A DNA stretch of 64,000 nucleotides. It comes from Acidimicrobiales bacterium (GTDB lineage Bacteria > Actinomycetota > Acidimicrobiia > Acidimicrobiales > GCA-2861595). The position numbers and the translations under genes are program-made. How positions within the stretch are numbered: position 1 is the first letter of the stretch; each line of letters opens with the position of its first letter. The DNA is taken from NCBI GenBank assembly GCA_035536185.1, contig DATLOM010000008.1:32400-96399 (forward strand), read 5' to 3'. The notes below the pieces were generated by a model that saw nothing but the letters and a program-made list of their open reading frames with translations, ran no database searches and was not told the DNA's origin. This document shows, one piece after another, positions 17,901 to 25,938 of the stretch.

Positions 17901-18429
17901 GGGGCCGACCGGCACCGTCGAGGTCGTCGCCGACCGCCCACCACCGCAGCATCTCGGGACGGTGCACGGAGTAGCGGTCGAAGAGGTCGGCTATGTGGCG
18001 GACGGCGCTGAACCGCCGGATGCGCCTGCTGTCGCCGGCGCCGTTGTCCGGGCCGGCCCCGCCGAGGTGGGCAGCCAGCGGCGCCAGCCACGGCTCGGGC
18101 AGCGCTTCGTCCACCACTTCGAGCAGCGGCCAGACCGACCGCTCGGGCAGCCACGGGTCAGCCTCGGGGTCGACCCCGGTTGCCGCAGCCACCGCCCCGC
18201 CCACGAGGCGGCCGGGGAAGGGGAGCTCGAGGTTGGCGCACACGCCGTCGGAGCGGCCGGGGGTCACGCCCAGGCGGGCGGACAGCCGCTGGGTGAGCCA
18301 TCTCTCGACCCCACGGGTGGGGACGGCGACGACCTCGGTCTCCATGGGGTCCGCCAGCGGCTCGGACAGAAGGCCGGCGAGGCCCTCCACGAGCCCGTCG
18401 GCCCGCTCCGCCCGGTGGATGTGCAGCAT
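14926..18429 (-). CDS. recC: Exodeoxyribonuclease V gamma subunit
   Basis: From ATG 18429 (MLHIHRAERAD). Contains HACHGRARQVEV, VMCPDIETFAP, TLVPMRSVPHRVVCLLG and HPLQPFD. Confidence 0.93.
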   Translation of the reverse strand: MLHIHRAERADGLVEGLAGLLSEPLADPMETEVVAVPTRGVERWLTQRLSARLGVTPGRSDGVCANLELPFPGRLVGGAVAAATGVDPEADPWLPERSVWPLLEVVDEALPEPWLAPLAAHLGGAGPDNGAGDSRRIRRFSAVRHIADLFDRYSVHRPEMLRWWAVGDDLDGAGRPLPDDTAWQAQLWRCLRSRIGSDSAAERLEAACARLRAEPSLCDLPDRLSLFGLTRLATSSLQVLRALAEERDVHLFLLHPSPVLWERIAEQARVEAPVVRRRDDHTTALPAHPLLASWGRDAREMQLVLTGGHPVDPVDHHHGLEIPVGTLLQRVQADIRADRAPPGAPLPGEEDARAPLLPDDRSIQVHACHGRARQVEVVRDAILHLLAEDETLEARDVIVMCPDIETFAPLVHATFGTGTGAGGATIEEEGEAGGHHGADLRVRLADRSLRQTNPVLATVSELLALADARVTASQVLDLAGRDPVRRRFGFDDEDLARIEEWVVASGVRWGLDAAHRAPFKLEGVAANTWRAGLDRVLVGAAMAEDGQRLFGHVLPLDDVDSGVIGLAGRLAELLDRLQACLAGLGGPQLLHDWTEAITAAVDELTDTSEDDSWQRVQLRRLLDEVVGEATAEGATSTAELTLPEVRALLADRLRGRPTRANFRTGHLTVCTLVPMRSVPHRVVCLLGLDDGMFPRRTTRDGDDLILDDPYVGDRDARSEDRQLLLDALLAATDHLVITYTGRDERTNAERPPAVPVGELLDLVDATAAPAARRQVVTHHPLQPFDARNFAVGRLVPDRSWSFDTVSLAGARALQNDRVEPAAFVAGPLPVPPVPVVELEQLVRFLQHPVKAFLRQRLGVAMGDRSQDLHDELPVELDALERWGVGERLLQARLTGAGPEQCVAAEVARGALPPGALAATVLDALGPAVEMLVAAASTGPGSPATEPTSVEIHLPLPDGRLLSGTVAGVTGNVLRAVTFSRVGPKHRLAAWAQYLALTAAVPGAAREALTLGRRRVGASWRCSITRSAVAAFEGTPAARRQRALEHLVALVDLYDRGMREPLPIYCATSAAYAAAARAAASGGSGDTGSGARAAAAEAWTSAKFDKEDKDPAHVLVLGGVRTLDDVLEAPPRPDEQDELWPAGETSRFGGYAVKLWQGLLSCEAVVDE

Positions 18430-18526
18430 TTTCGACCTGACCTCCAGCTCCCGCGGAACCATACAGACGAGCCGTGACACCAACCGGCTGCGCGCCGCCG
18501 CCGGATGCGCTGCTGGAGGTGGTGCG

Positions 18527-19492
18527 TCAGCCCGCGCCGGCGGCCCCGGCGGCGCCATCGAGGCCCTTGAACAGCTCCTTGATCCCGCCGAGCGCCCCGA
18601 ACATGGCGGTGGACTCGGTCGGCAGGAAGATCTTCGTGGCCCGGCCGTCAGCCACGATGCCCAAGGTCTCCAGGTACTTGATGGCGATGAGGTCGGCCGA
18701 TGGGTTCCCGTCGTGAATGGCACCGAACACGTTGCGGATGGCCTCGGCCTCACCCTCGGCCACCGCCACCTGGCGGAACCGCTCGGCATCGGCCGCTGTC
18801 CTGGTCGCCTCGGCGTCGCCCTGGGCGCCGAGGATGGCGCTCTGCTTGAGGCCTTCGGCGGAAAGGATGGCCGCCTGCTTCTCGCCCTCGGCCCTGGTGA
18901 TGGCGGCCTCGCGAGCGCCCTGGGCCTCGGTCACCACCGCCCGCCGCGTCCGCTCGGCCTTCATCTGCTCGTGCATGGCGTGCATGACGTCCACCGGCGG
19001 GTCGATCCGCTGGATCTCCACCCGCACCACCCGCGTGCCCCACTTGTCGGTGGCGTCGTCGAGGATGTCGCGCAGCCTGGTGTTGATGGTGTCCCGGGAG
19101 GTGAGCGCCTGGTCGAGCTGCATGTCGCCCACGACGTTGCGGAGGTTGGTCTGGGCCAGCTTGCTGACCGCCAGGTAGAAGTCGACCACGTTGTAGACCA
19201 GGCGCTGGGGGTCGGTGGCCTCGTAGTAGATGACGGCGTCCACCGACACGACGACGTTGTCGGAGGTGATGACCTCCTGGGGCGGCACGTCCACCACCCG
19301 CTCGCGCATGTCCACCCGCTCCATGCGTTCGATGAAGGGGATGATCACCCGCAGGCCGGGCTGGACGGTGTCGCGGTACTTGCCCAGCCGCTCGACGAGG
19401 CCCCGCTCATAGGGGCGGATGATCTTGACGCCGCTGACCACCACCACGAACAGCACGAAGGCGAGGGCGGCGAGCACTATTACGAAGGCCAT
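18527..19492 (-). CDS. SPFH/stomatin-like protein (QmcA family)
   Basis: N-terminal [29 protein letters not shown] coiled coil. Confidence 0.9.
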   Translation of the reverse strand: MAFVIVLAALAFVLFVVVVSGVKIIRPYERGLVERLGKYRDTVQPGLRVIIPFIERMERVDMRERVVDVPPQEVITSDNVVVSVDAVIYYEATDPQRLVYNVVDFYLAVSKLAQTNLRNVVGDMQLDQALTSRDTINTRLRDILDDATDKWGTRVVRVEIQRIDPPVDVMHAMHEQMKAERTRRAVVTEAQGAREAAITRAEGEKQAAILSAEGLKQSAILGAQGDAEATRTAADAERFRQVAVAEGEAEAIRNVFGAIHDGNPSADLIAIKYLETLGIVADGRATKIFLPTESTAMFGALGGIKELFKGLDGAAGAAGAG

Positions 19493-19495
19493 GTC

Positions 19496-19990
19496 TCAGG
19501 CTCCTTTGTCTTCAAGGCCCAGATCGGGCGGGTCCTCGAGCGGCACGACGACCAGACGGGTGCCGTCGACGCGGCTGACGAGAACGGCGGAGCCGGCCTT
19601 GATCGGTAGCCCCATCAGGCTCTCGGCCCGCCACTCCTCACGGTCGAGACGGATGAGCCCGGTGTCGCCCCGGCCACCAGGGATGTCACGCAGCACGTAG
19701 CCCTCACGCCCGACCCACCGGTTGGCGCCGGTGGCGGAGCTGGGAGCATTGCGATCGAGACGCTTTCCCAGCGGCCACAGGACGGCCGAGCAGGCGGCGG
19801 AGACGATGACGAAGGCCAGCCAGCTGACGGCTACCGACGCGCCTAGAAAGGCCAGGGTGCCGGCGATCAGCGCCCCGCCGGCGAAGGGGAGAAGGAAGAA
19901 CGAACCGGCCACGGCGATCTCGCCCACGGCGAACACAACGGCGGCCGACAGCCAGATCCAACGCCAGGTGTCAGGCGAACTCACATCCAT
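19496..19990 (-). CDS. NfeD-like membrane protein (partner of stomatin)
   Basis: From ATG 19990: three TM helices then an OB-fold with EEWRAES and VSRVDGTRLVV. Classic nfeD-SPFH pair. Confidence 0.85.
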   Translation of the reverse strand: MDVSSPDTWRWIWLSAAVVFAVGEIAVAGSFFLLPFAGGALIAGTLAFLGASVAVSWLAFVIVSAACSAVLWPLGKRLDRNAPSSATGANRWVGREGYVLRDIPGGRGDTGLIRLDREEWRAESLMGLPIKAGSAVLVSRVDGTRLVVVPLEDPPDLGLEDKGA

Positions 19991-20030
19991 CTGACCGACC
20001 ACCTCCTGTGACGAACGTACCTTGAACGCC

Positions 20031-21152
20031 ATGTCTCGACCTCGCACCCTCGCCCTCGTGCTCGCCGGCGGCGCCGGCAGCCGCATGGGCGTCCTCACCG
20101 AGCGGCGGGCCAAGCCGGCGCTCCCCTTCGGGGGCCTCTACCGGCTCATCGACTTCCCGCTCAGCAACTGCGCCAACAGCGGCATCGCCGACGTCTGGGT
20201 GCTGCAGCAGTACCAGCCCCACGCTCTGGAGGAGCACCTGGCCAACGGCCGGCCGTGGGACCTCGACCGCAGCGAGGGAGGGCTGCTGATCCTGCACCCT
20301 TTCACCGGTGGCGACGAGGGCGGTTTCAACGAGGGCAACGCCGACGCGCTGTGGCGCCAGCGCCGGTTGATCGCCGACCTCGATCCGGACATCGTTCTGG
20401 TCCTCAGCGCCGACGGGGTGTACACCTTCGACTACCGCGACCTGCTCGACGCCCACATGGCGCGGGGAGCGGACGTCACCATGGCCACCACCACGGCCGA
20501 CGATCCCGAGCGGTTCGGCGTGGTCGAGGTGGCCGAAGACGGCAAGGTCACCGGCTTCTGGTACAAGCCCGACGATCCCGCCACCTACACCGTGACCATG
20601 GAGGTGTTCGCCTTCCGCCCCGATGCCCTCCTCGGCACCCTCGAGGAGCTCGAGCAGGAGAACGAGGAGCTGGCCGACTTCGGGCACGGGCTACTCCCGA
20701 CCCTCGTCGGCCGGGGCAACTCGTACGAGTACCGCTTCGACCGGTACTGGCGAGATGTCGGAACACCCGACAGCTACTGGCAGGGCCACCAGGACCTGCT
20801 GCGCGCCCCGTGCCGCCTCCGTCTCGATGACCGCGCCTGGCCGATCCGGACCCGCGGCGGCTACCGCCCTCCAGCCCACATCGCGACGACAGCCGATGTC
20901 CGCGGCTCGATGGTCTCGCCCGCCTGCAAGGTCAGCGGCAAGGTTCTGAGCTCGGTGTTGTCGCCAGGCGTGGTCGTCGAGGAGGGGGCCGTCGTGGAGG
21001 ACGCGGTGGTGCTCCACGACGCGGTCGTCCGCCGGGGCGCGCACGTGCGTCGGGCCATCGTCGATACCGGCGTGGAGGTCACGGCGAGGACCCATGCCCG
21101 GTCCGAGGACGGCGAGCCCGTGGCCGTCATCGGCACCGACAAGGGGGACTGA
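20031..21152 (+). CDS. glgC: Glucose-1-phosphate adenylyltransferase family protein
   Basis: LVLAGGAGSRM, RAKPALPFGGLYRLIDF, YWRDVGT and a C-terminal beta-helix. Confidence 0.88.
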   Translation: MSRPRTLALVLAGGAGSRMGVLTERRAKPALPFGGLYRLIDFPLSNCANSGIADVWVLQQYQPHALEEHLANGRPWDLDRSEGGLLILHPFTGGDEGGFNEGNADALWRQRRLIADLDPDIVLVLSADGVYTFDYRDLLDAHMARGADVTMATTTADDPERFGVVEVAEDGKVTGFWYKPDDPATYTVTMEVFAFRPDALLGTLEELEQENEELADFGHGLLPTLVGRGNSYEYRFDRYWRDVGTPDSYWQGHQDLLRAPCRLRLDDRAWPIRTRGGYRPPAHIATTADVRGSMVSPACKVSGKVLSSVLSPGVVVEEGAVVEDAVVLHDAVVRRGAHVRRAIVDTGVEVTARTHARSEDGEPVAVIGTDKGD

Positions 21153-21387
21153 GGGGCGTCACCTGCGTCCTTGGGTGCGGCATCGGGCAAGTATGTGCGA
21201 GGCGCGCATCGGCGGGGCACGAAGTCAGCTTCGGGCTCCATGAAGATCACGTCGCCGTCCGTCCGACCCGTCGCCGGCCGGAGCTACGGGGCCGTTTCCG
21301 TGGCTCCTCCCTTTAGGGAAGCTCTCGAGGGGGAACGAGCCGCCAATCGCCCTCGCGAGCCCGGCTCGTCGCTGGAGGTGGCGGGAC

Positions 21388-21714
21388 CTACGGACGTGAC
21401 ATCGGTGCGTCCGTGAGCACCAGAGGCCAGGGCACAAGTGAGTCCGACTGCGCCCCTGGCGTCAGCAGAGAGGCGATCGATGATCCGGCCACGTTGTACT
21501 GGTCGGCGATGAGGTAGGTGACCACGACGTTCGAGCCGGGAACGAAGCATGGGAAGACAGGTGCAGCGATGCCGGGAACCGGCATGGCTTCTTGGGCGTA
21601 CGGGTCGCGAGCCAACGTGACGAGCCATCCACGAAGAGCGTCCCGCGCTTGTCGGTCCTTCGCTATGGCAAGCCACTCTTGTACCCGAGCAAGGCCCTGG
21701 AGCTGGTAGTCCAA
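21388..21714 (-). CDS. Small protein, possible RelE/ParE-fold toxin
   Basis: TTG start 3 nt after the upstream ORF stop. Helix-helix-beta layout ending VVVTYLIADQY. C-terminus uncertain. Confidence 0.4.
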   Translation of the reverse strand: MDYQLQGLARVQEWLAIAKDRQARDALRGWLVTLARDPYAQEAMPVPGIAAPVFPCFVPGSNVVVTYLIADQYNVAGSSIASLLTPGAQSDSLVPWPLVLTDAPMSRP

Positions 21715-21717
21715 CGC

Positions 21718-21969
21718 TCAGGCGTCGGTATCCAACGCAGCGACGAAGTCCTCCGCGGGGAGGGCGTCGGGATAACCGTGATCAGTGGCGACACGCTCCT
21801 GGTGGTCGCGCACTGCTTCTGCCACTACCGGGTCCTCTGCCTGCTCGAGCGCGTAGAGACGCAGGCGAAGCTCGTCTCGAGCTCTTTCGATGGTCACCGA
21901 CGTGTCCCGCACGAACTCCTTGACCGAGGTCACGTCCGTTGATCCCGCAGCTGGCTCTTGTACCGCCAT
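21718..21969 (-). CDS. Small acidic protein, possible antitoxin (83 aa)
   Basis: Strong RBS GAGGAGG before ATG 21969. Acidic C-terminus DALPAEDFVAALDTDA. Directly precedes the toxin-like ORF. Confidence 0.5.
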   Translation of the reverse strand: MAVQEPAAGSTDVTSVKEFVRDTSVTIERARDELRLRLYALEQAEDPVVAEAVRDHQERVATDHGYPDALPAEDFVAALDTDA

Positions 21970-22102
21970 TCGGACCTCCTCATCCCCGCCACGAGCCACG
22001 GGTCAGCGTTTAGTTTTAAGGCTCCAGGTCGACGCTTGGGCCAAGGTCGGTTGTCCTCAAAACAGGCAGTCCGGCTGACGAGGGCCCGAGTGATCGACCA
22101 GG

Positions 22103-22651
22103 TCAGACACCGCTCTGACCTGTGCTCTTACCGTCGTCGAACTCGGACCAGTCCTCGGGGTTGGACTCGACGAAGTGGGCCACTACGGAGCCGTCGATGC
22201 CGTCGACCAGCACGAGGCCTCGCTGCTCGGGTGGGTCCTCAGCGGAGTACAGCAGGATGCGCCAGGTGGGGCGGCTGCGGAGGCCGCGCCATCCCAACTG
22301 GGCCGAGGCGTGGCCCACGGGGAAGCCGATCTTCTTCGATGCCGAGACGAGGGCGTCGGTCTCGTGCACTTTCAGATGCCAGCCGGCGGCCCAGTGGTAC
22401 GCGCCGATGGCGCCGAGCAGCAGGGCCACGAACAAGAACCCGTCGTTGACGAGGACGCCGCCGTCGGCCCGGGTGACCCAGGCGGCGAAACAGAGGGCGG
22501 CGGTGAGGAGGTAGATCGTGCCGGGGATGCGCCGGCGGCTGTTGTCCGGGAAGGTGTAGGGGCCCCGGTAGCTGGTGACGTCGAGGTCAGCGGGGAGCTC
22601 GTCGCCTACCGGCGCCGCCTCCGCCGGAGCGGCCGTGGGCTCTTCGGGCAC
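22103..22651 (-). CDS. Hypothetical two-TM membrane protein
   Basis: High-GC codon usage, two hydrophobic helices, cotranscribed position after HIT. Confidence 0.7.
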   Translation of the reverse strand: MPEEPTAAPAEAAPVGDELPADLDVTSYRGPYTFPDNSRRRIPGTIYLLTAALCFAAWVTRADGGVLVNDGFLFVALLLGAIGAYHWAAGWHLKVHETDALVSASKKIGFPVGHASAQLGWRGLRSRPTWRILLYSAEDPPEQRGLVLVDGIDGSVVAHFVESNPEDWSEFDDGKSTGQSGV

Positions 22652-22660
22652 CGGTGAACC

Positions 22661-23170
22661 CTACGCGGGCCAGGCGGCGCGCAGTTTCTCGTAGGTGGTG
22701 GGCAGCGACTCGGGCAGCACCCGTACCTCCGCCACTGTCGTCATGAAGTTGGTGTCGCCGGTCCACCGGGGCAGCACGTGCAGATGGAGATGCCCGGGCA
22801 CGCCGGCACCGGCCGATTCGCCGAGGTTGGCACCCACGTTGATGCCGTCGGGGCCATAGGCCTCCTTCAGGGCCCGCACGGCCGCCTGCACGGTGGCCCA
22901 CAGCTCCGCGCTCTCGACTTCGTCAATGTCCTCCAGCTCGGCCACGTGGCGAGCGGGGACCAGCAGGAGGTGTCCGGTCGCGTACGGGTACGCGTTCAGG
23001 ACGGCGGCGCAACTGGTGCCGCGCCAGACGACGTAGCTGTCGGAGCGCAGGACCCGGCACATGGCGCAACCGTCGTCACCGTCACGATCGGCCGCCGGCG
23101 TGGCCACGTAGTCACTGCGCCACCCCGCCCACAACCTCTCCAGCCCGCCGGGCCGGTCCGGTGCGGTCAC
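22661..23170 (-). CDS. HIT-family nucleotide hydrolase (Ap4A phosphorylase-like)
   Basis: LNAYPYATGH and HLHLHVLPRW motifs. Actinobacterial thrS-HIT synteny with 4-nt overlap. Confidence 0.9.
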   Translation of the reverse strand: MTAPDRPGGLERLWAGWRSDYVATPAADRDGDDGCAMCRVLRSDSYVVWRGTSCAAVLNAYPYATGHLLLVPARHVAELEDIDEVESAELWATVQAAVRALKEAYGPDGINVGANLGESAGAGVPGHLHLHVLPRWTGDTNFMTTVAEVRVLPESLPTTYEKLRAAWPA

Positions 23171-25113
23171 GAGATGGCGCGGCTGTCGACCTCTCGGCGC
23201 AGCCGTTCGATTAGCTCCTCGACCGCCACTCCCCGCTCGGGGCGCTCGCTGCCGCGGGCGTTGACGCCCACTGTGCCGGCGGCGACGTCGTCGTCGCCCA
23301 CCACGAGGATGTACGGGAGCTTCTCCAGCTTGCCCCTCCGGATGCGGGCGCCCAGTGGCTCGTCGCCTTCGACCGTGTCAGCCCGGAAGCCCGCCTCCCG
23401 CAAACGCTGCGCAACCGACGCGGCGACCTCGTCGTGGTCGTTGCGAACGCCGAGGACACGGGCCTGCACGGGCGCCAGCCAGGTCGGGAAGGCGCCGGCG
23501 TAGTGCTCCACCAGGATCCCGAAGAAGCGCTCGATCGAGCCGAACAGCGCCCGGTGGATCATGAACGGCCGGTGGCGGGCGTTGTCGGCGCCGGTGAACT
23601 CCAGCTCGAAGCGCTGCGGTAGCTGGAAGTCCACCTGGAGGGTGGACATCTGCCAGCGCCGGCCGATGGCGTCGCGGATGTGCACGTCGATCTTCGGGGC
23701 GTAGAAGGCGCCCTCGCCCTCGGCCACCCGGAACGGGACACCAGCCCCCTCGAGGGCTTCACGAAGGGCGTCGGTCGCCACGTCCCACTCCTCGGGGTCC
23801 CCCACGTACTTCTCCGGGCGGGTGGCCAGCTCGGCCTCGAAGTCCTCGAACCCGAAGGCCTGCAGCAGGCGGATCACGAAGCCCAAAAGACTGGCCAGCT
23901 CGGCCGACAGCTGATCCGGGGTGCAGAAGATGTGGGCGTCGTCCTGGGTGAAGCCCCGGGCCCGCAGGATGCCGTGCAGCACCCCGGAGCGCTCGAAGCG
24001 GTAGACGGTGCCGAACTCGAAGAGCCTCAGGGGCAGGTCCCGGTACGAGCGCTGGCCGGCGGCGTAGATCAGGATGTGCATCGGGCAGTTCATGGGCTTG
24101 GGGTAGTACGTGGCCCCCTCCATCTCCATGGGCGGGTACATGCCTTCGGCGTACCAGGAGAGGTGCCCGGACTTCTCGAACAGGGTGGACTTGGCCAGGT
24201 GCGGCGTGTACACGAACTCGTAGCCGCCGGCTTCGTGCTCGGCCCGCGAGTAGTCCTCCATGATCTTGCGGACCAGGCCACCCTTCGGATGGAAGACGCA
24301 GAGCCCCCCGCCGATCTCCGGCGGGAAGTGGAACAGGTCGAGCTCCGCTCCGAGCTTGCGGTGGTCCCGCTTCTCGGCCTCCTCCAGCATCTGCAGATGG
24401 GCCTTGAGCGCCTTCTCCGACTCCCATGCCGTGCCGTAGATGCGCTGGAGCTGGCGCTTGTGCTCGTCACCGCGCCAGTAGGCGCCGGCCACCCGCATGA
24501 GCTTGAACCAACCCAGGCGGGAGGTCGACGGGACGTGGGGGCCGCGGCACAGGTCGATGAACTCAGGCGTGTTCCGGTAGGCGCTCACCGCACCGGGGGT
24601 CGCCCCTTCTTCGGGATCGACACCCTCGATGATCTCGATCTTGTAGGGCTGGTCGGAGAAGGTGTCGAGCCCCTCCTCGAGGGTCAGCTCCTCACGCACG
24701 AAGGGCTGGTCCTCACCCACGATCTGGCGCATCCGCTCCTCGATGCGACCGAGGTCCTCCTCGGAAAAGGCGGCGTCGCCGGGCAGGTCGAAGTCGTAGT
24801 AGAAGCCGTTCTCGATCGGTGGCCCTATGGCGAACTTGGCTCCCGGCCACAGCTGGAGCACGGCCTGGGCCAGCACGTGGGCGGTGGAGTGTCGGAGCAC
24901 CTTGCGACCGTCGTCGGTGGTGTCGGTGACGACCGCCACCTCGTCGCCGTCGGCCAGCGGAGTGGAGAGGTCGACCTCGGCGCCGTTGACCACGGCGGCC
25001 ACCGCAGCGCGCAAAAGCCGAGGCCCCACCGCTGCCGCAAGATCGGCGGCGGTGGAGCCTTCGGGAAGATCCTTGGTGGATCCGTCAGGGAGCCTGACGG
25101 TTAGACCGGCCAT
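23167..25113 (-). CDS. thrS: Threonine--tRNA ligase
   Basis: TGS domain, RHSTAH, DLCRGPHV, KPMNCP, RARGFTQDDAHIF and MIHRALFGSIERF. Confidence 0.97.
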   Translation of the reverse strand: MAGLTVRLPDGSTKDLPEGSTAADLAAAVGPRLLRAAVAAVVNGAEVDLSTPLADGDEVAVVTDTTDDGRKVLRHSTAHVLAQAVLQLWPGAKFAIGPPIENGFYYDFDLPGDAAFSEEDLGRIEERMRQIVGEDQPFVREELTLEEGLDTFSDQPYKIEIIEGVDPEEGATPGAVSAYRNTPEFIDLCRGPHVPSTSRLGWFKLMRVAGAYWRGDEHKRQLQRIYGTAWESEKALKAHLQMLEEAEKRDHRKLGAELDLFHFPPEIGGGLCVFHPKGGLVRKIMEDYSRAEHEAGGYEFVYTPHLAKSTLFEKSGHLSWYAEGMYPPMEMEGATYYPKPMNCPMHILIYAAGQRSYRDLPLRLFEFGTVYRFERSGVLHGILRARGFTQDDAHIFCTPDQLSAELASLLGFVIRLLQAFGFEDFEAELATRPEKYVGDPEEWDVATDALREALEGAGVPFRVAEGEGAFYAPKIDVHIRDAIGRRWQMSTLQVDFQLPQRFELEFTGADNARHRPFMIHRALFGSIERFFGILVEHYAGAFPTWLAPVQARVLGVRNDHDEVAASVAQRLREAGFRADTVEGDEPLGARIRRGKLEKLPYILVVGDDDVAAGTVGVNARGSERPERGVAVEELIERLRREVDSRAIS

Positions 25114-25139
25114 CGGGGGGCGACAGTACCGCCCCCCGA
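25113..25139. terminator. 10-bp GC hairpin between the CAP gene stop and the thrS start
   Basis: TCGGGGGGCG-acagtac-CGCCCCCCGA. Could be a terminator for the CAP gene or an operator. The loop holds TACTGT (-10-like) on the minus strand. Confidence 0.45.
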
Positions 25140-25155
25140 CCGGCCGGCGGATCGG

Positions 25156-25755
25156 CTAGCGGCGGGCGCGGGCCTTGCGGACCTTGACGGTGCGGCAGGT
25201 GACCTTGCCCTTGCGGGACTTGGTGCAGACCTTCCTGGTCCCCACGGCCGGGGCGGCCACAGCCTGGGCCACGGGCCCGGCGGCCTGGACGATCTGGGCG
25301 GCGGGGGCATGGGTGCGCATGAAGTTGACCGTCACGTAGATGATCCCGGGAGGACCGTTGACCACGCCGACGCCGACCCAGTCGAAGTTCGGGTCGATCA
25401 TGTTCTTGAAGTGCAGGGGGCTGGCGATGAAGGCCTCGTGCAGAGCCTGCACGCTCGGGCCGATGCCGACGTTCTCACCGAGGCGGGCCCAGTTGGCGGG
25501 AGCCTGGCCGGCGAGGTCGGGGTTGTGGGAGATGCCACCGGCGGCGGCCATGCGACCCGACCATCTGCGGGCCACCTCGAACAGCTCACCCTTGGTGCCG
25601 AGAGCGGAGAGGCCGTGAGCGGCCCGCAACTCGTTGAGCTTCTGCACGAAGGCCATCTCGTCGGACCCGGTGTCCGCCGCGGCCGGCCCGGCAAGTGCCG
25701 TGGCCCCCGAGAGAACGACACACATTGCGACTACGGGTGCCCAGAGCTTCTTCAC
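25156..25755 (-). CDS. Secreted CAP/SCP-domain protein with basic C-terminal tail
   Basis: GTG 25755 preceded by GGAGG. Signal peptide, NELRA, ISHNP, GENVG, SPLHFKNM and VGVGV motifs. Confidence 0.85.
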   Translation of the reverse strand: MKKLWAPVVAMCVVLSGATALAGPAAADTGSDEMAFVQKLNELRAAHGLSALGTKGELFEVARRWSGRMAAAGGISHNPDLAGQAPANWARLGENVGIGPSVQALHEAFIASPLHFKNMIDPNFDWVGVGVVNGPPGIIYVTVNFMRTHAPAAQIVQAAGPVAQAVAAPAVGTRKVCTKSRKGKVTCRTVKVRKARARR

Positions 25756-25761
25756 GTTTCC

Positions 25762-25868
25762 TCCATTCGGAAGCCCGGCTGCCTTGCGAGCTTTCGCTCC
25801 GTCAGGCCCGTGGCGTTGCGTACACCCGGCTTTCACCGAGGTTGCCGTTTCGTGGATTGCCCTTACAG
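25762..25868 (-). promoter_or_regulatory. c-di-GMP-I (GEMM-I)-like riboswitch
   Basis: Minus strand reads GGCAACCTCGGT-GAAA-GCCGGGTGT-ACGCAACGCCACGGGCCTGA...GGCAGCCGGGCTTCCGAA, matching GEMM-I hallmarks (GAAA-capped P2, ACGCAA, GCCACGGGCCT, GGCAGCCGGG, CCGAA). It ends at the RBS of the CAP gene. Confidence 0.72.
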
Positions 25869-25938
25869 CATCGGTGCGCCTCCCTCCGCACCCGATGACC
25901 ATTGGCGGAATAGCCCTTGCGGGCCAGGCACCGGGCGC

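Noticed and set aside
21160-21440. Short ORFs between glgC and the toxin-like gene
   Set aside because: No frame gives a recognisable protein or RBS; probably degenerate sequence.
22099-22122. 9-bp hairpin CAGGTCAGA/TCTGACCTG over the stop of the 22103 gene
   Set aside because: Plausibly an ordinary terminator; nothing further supports special interest.
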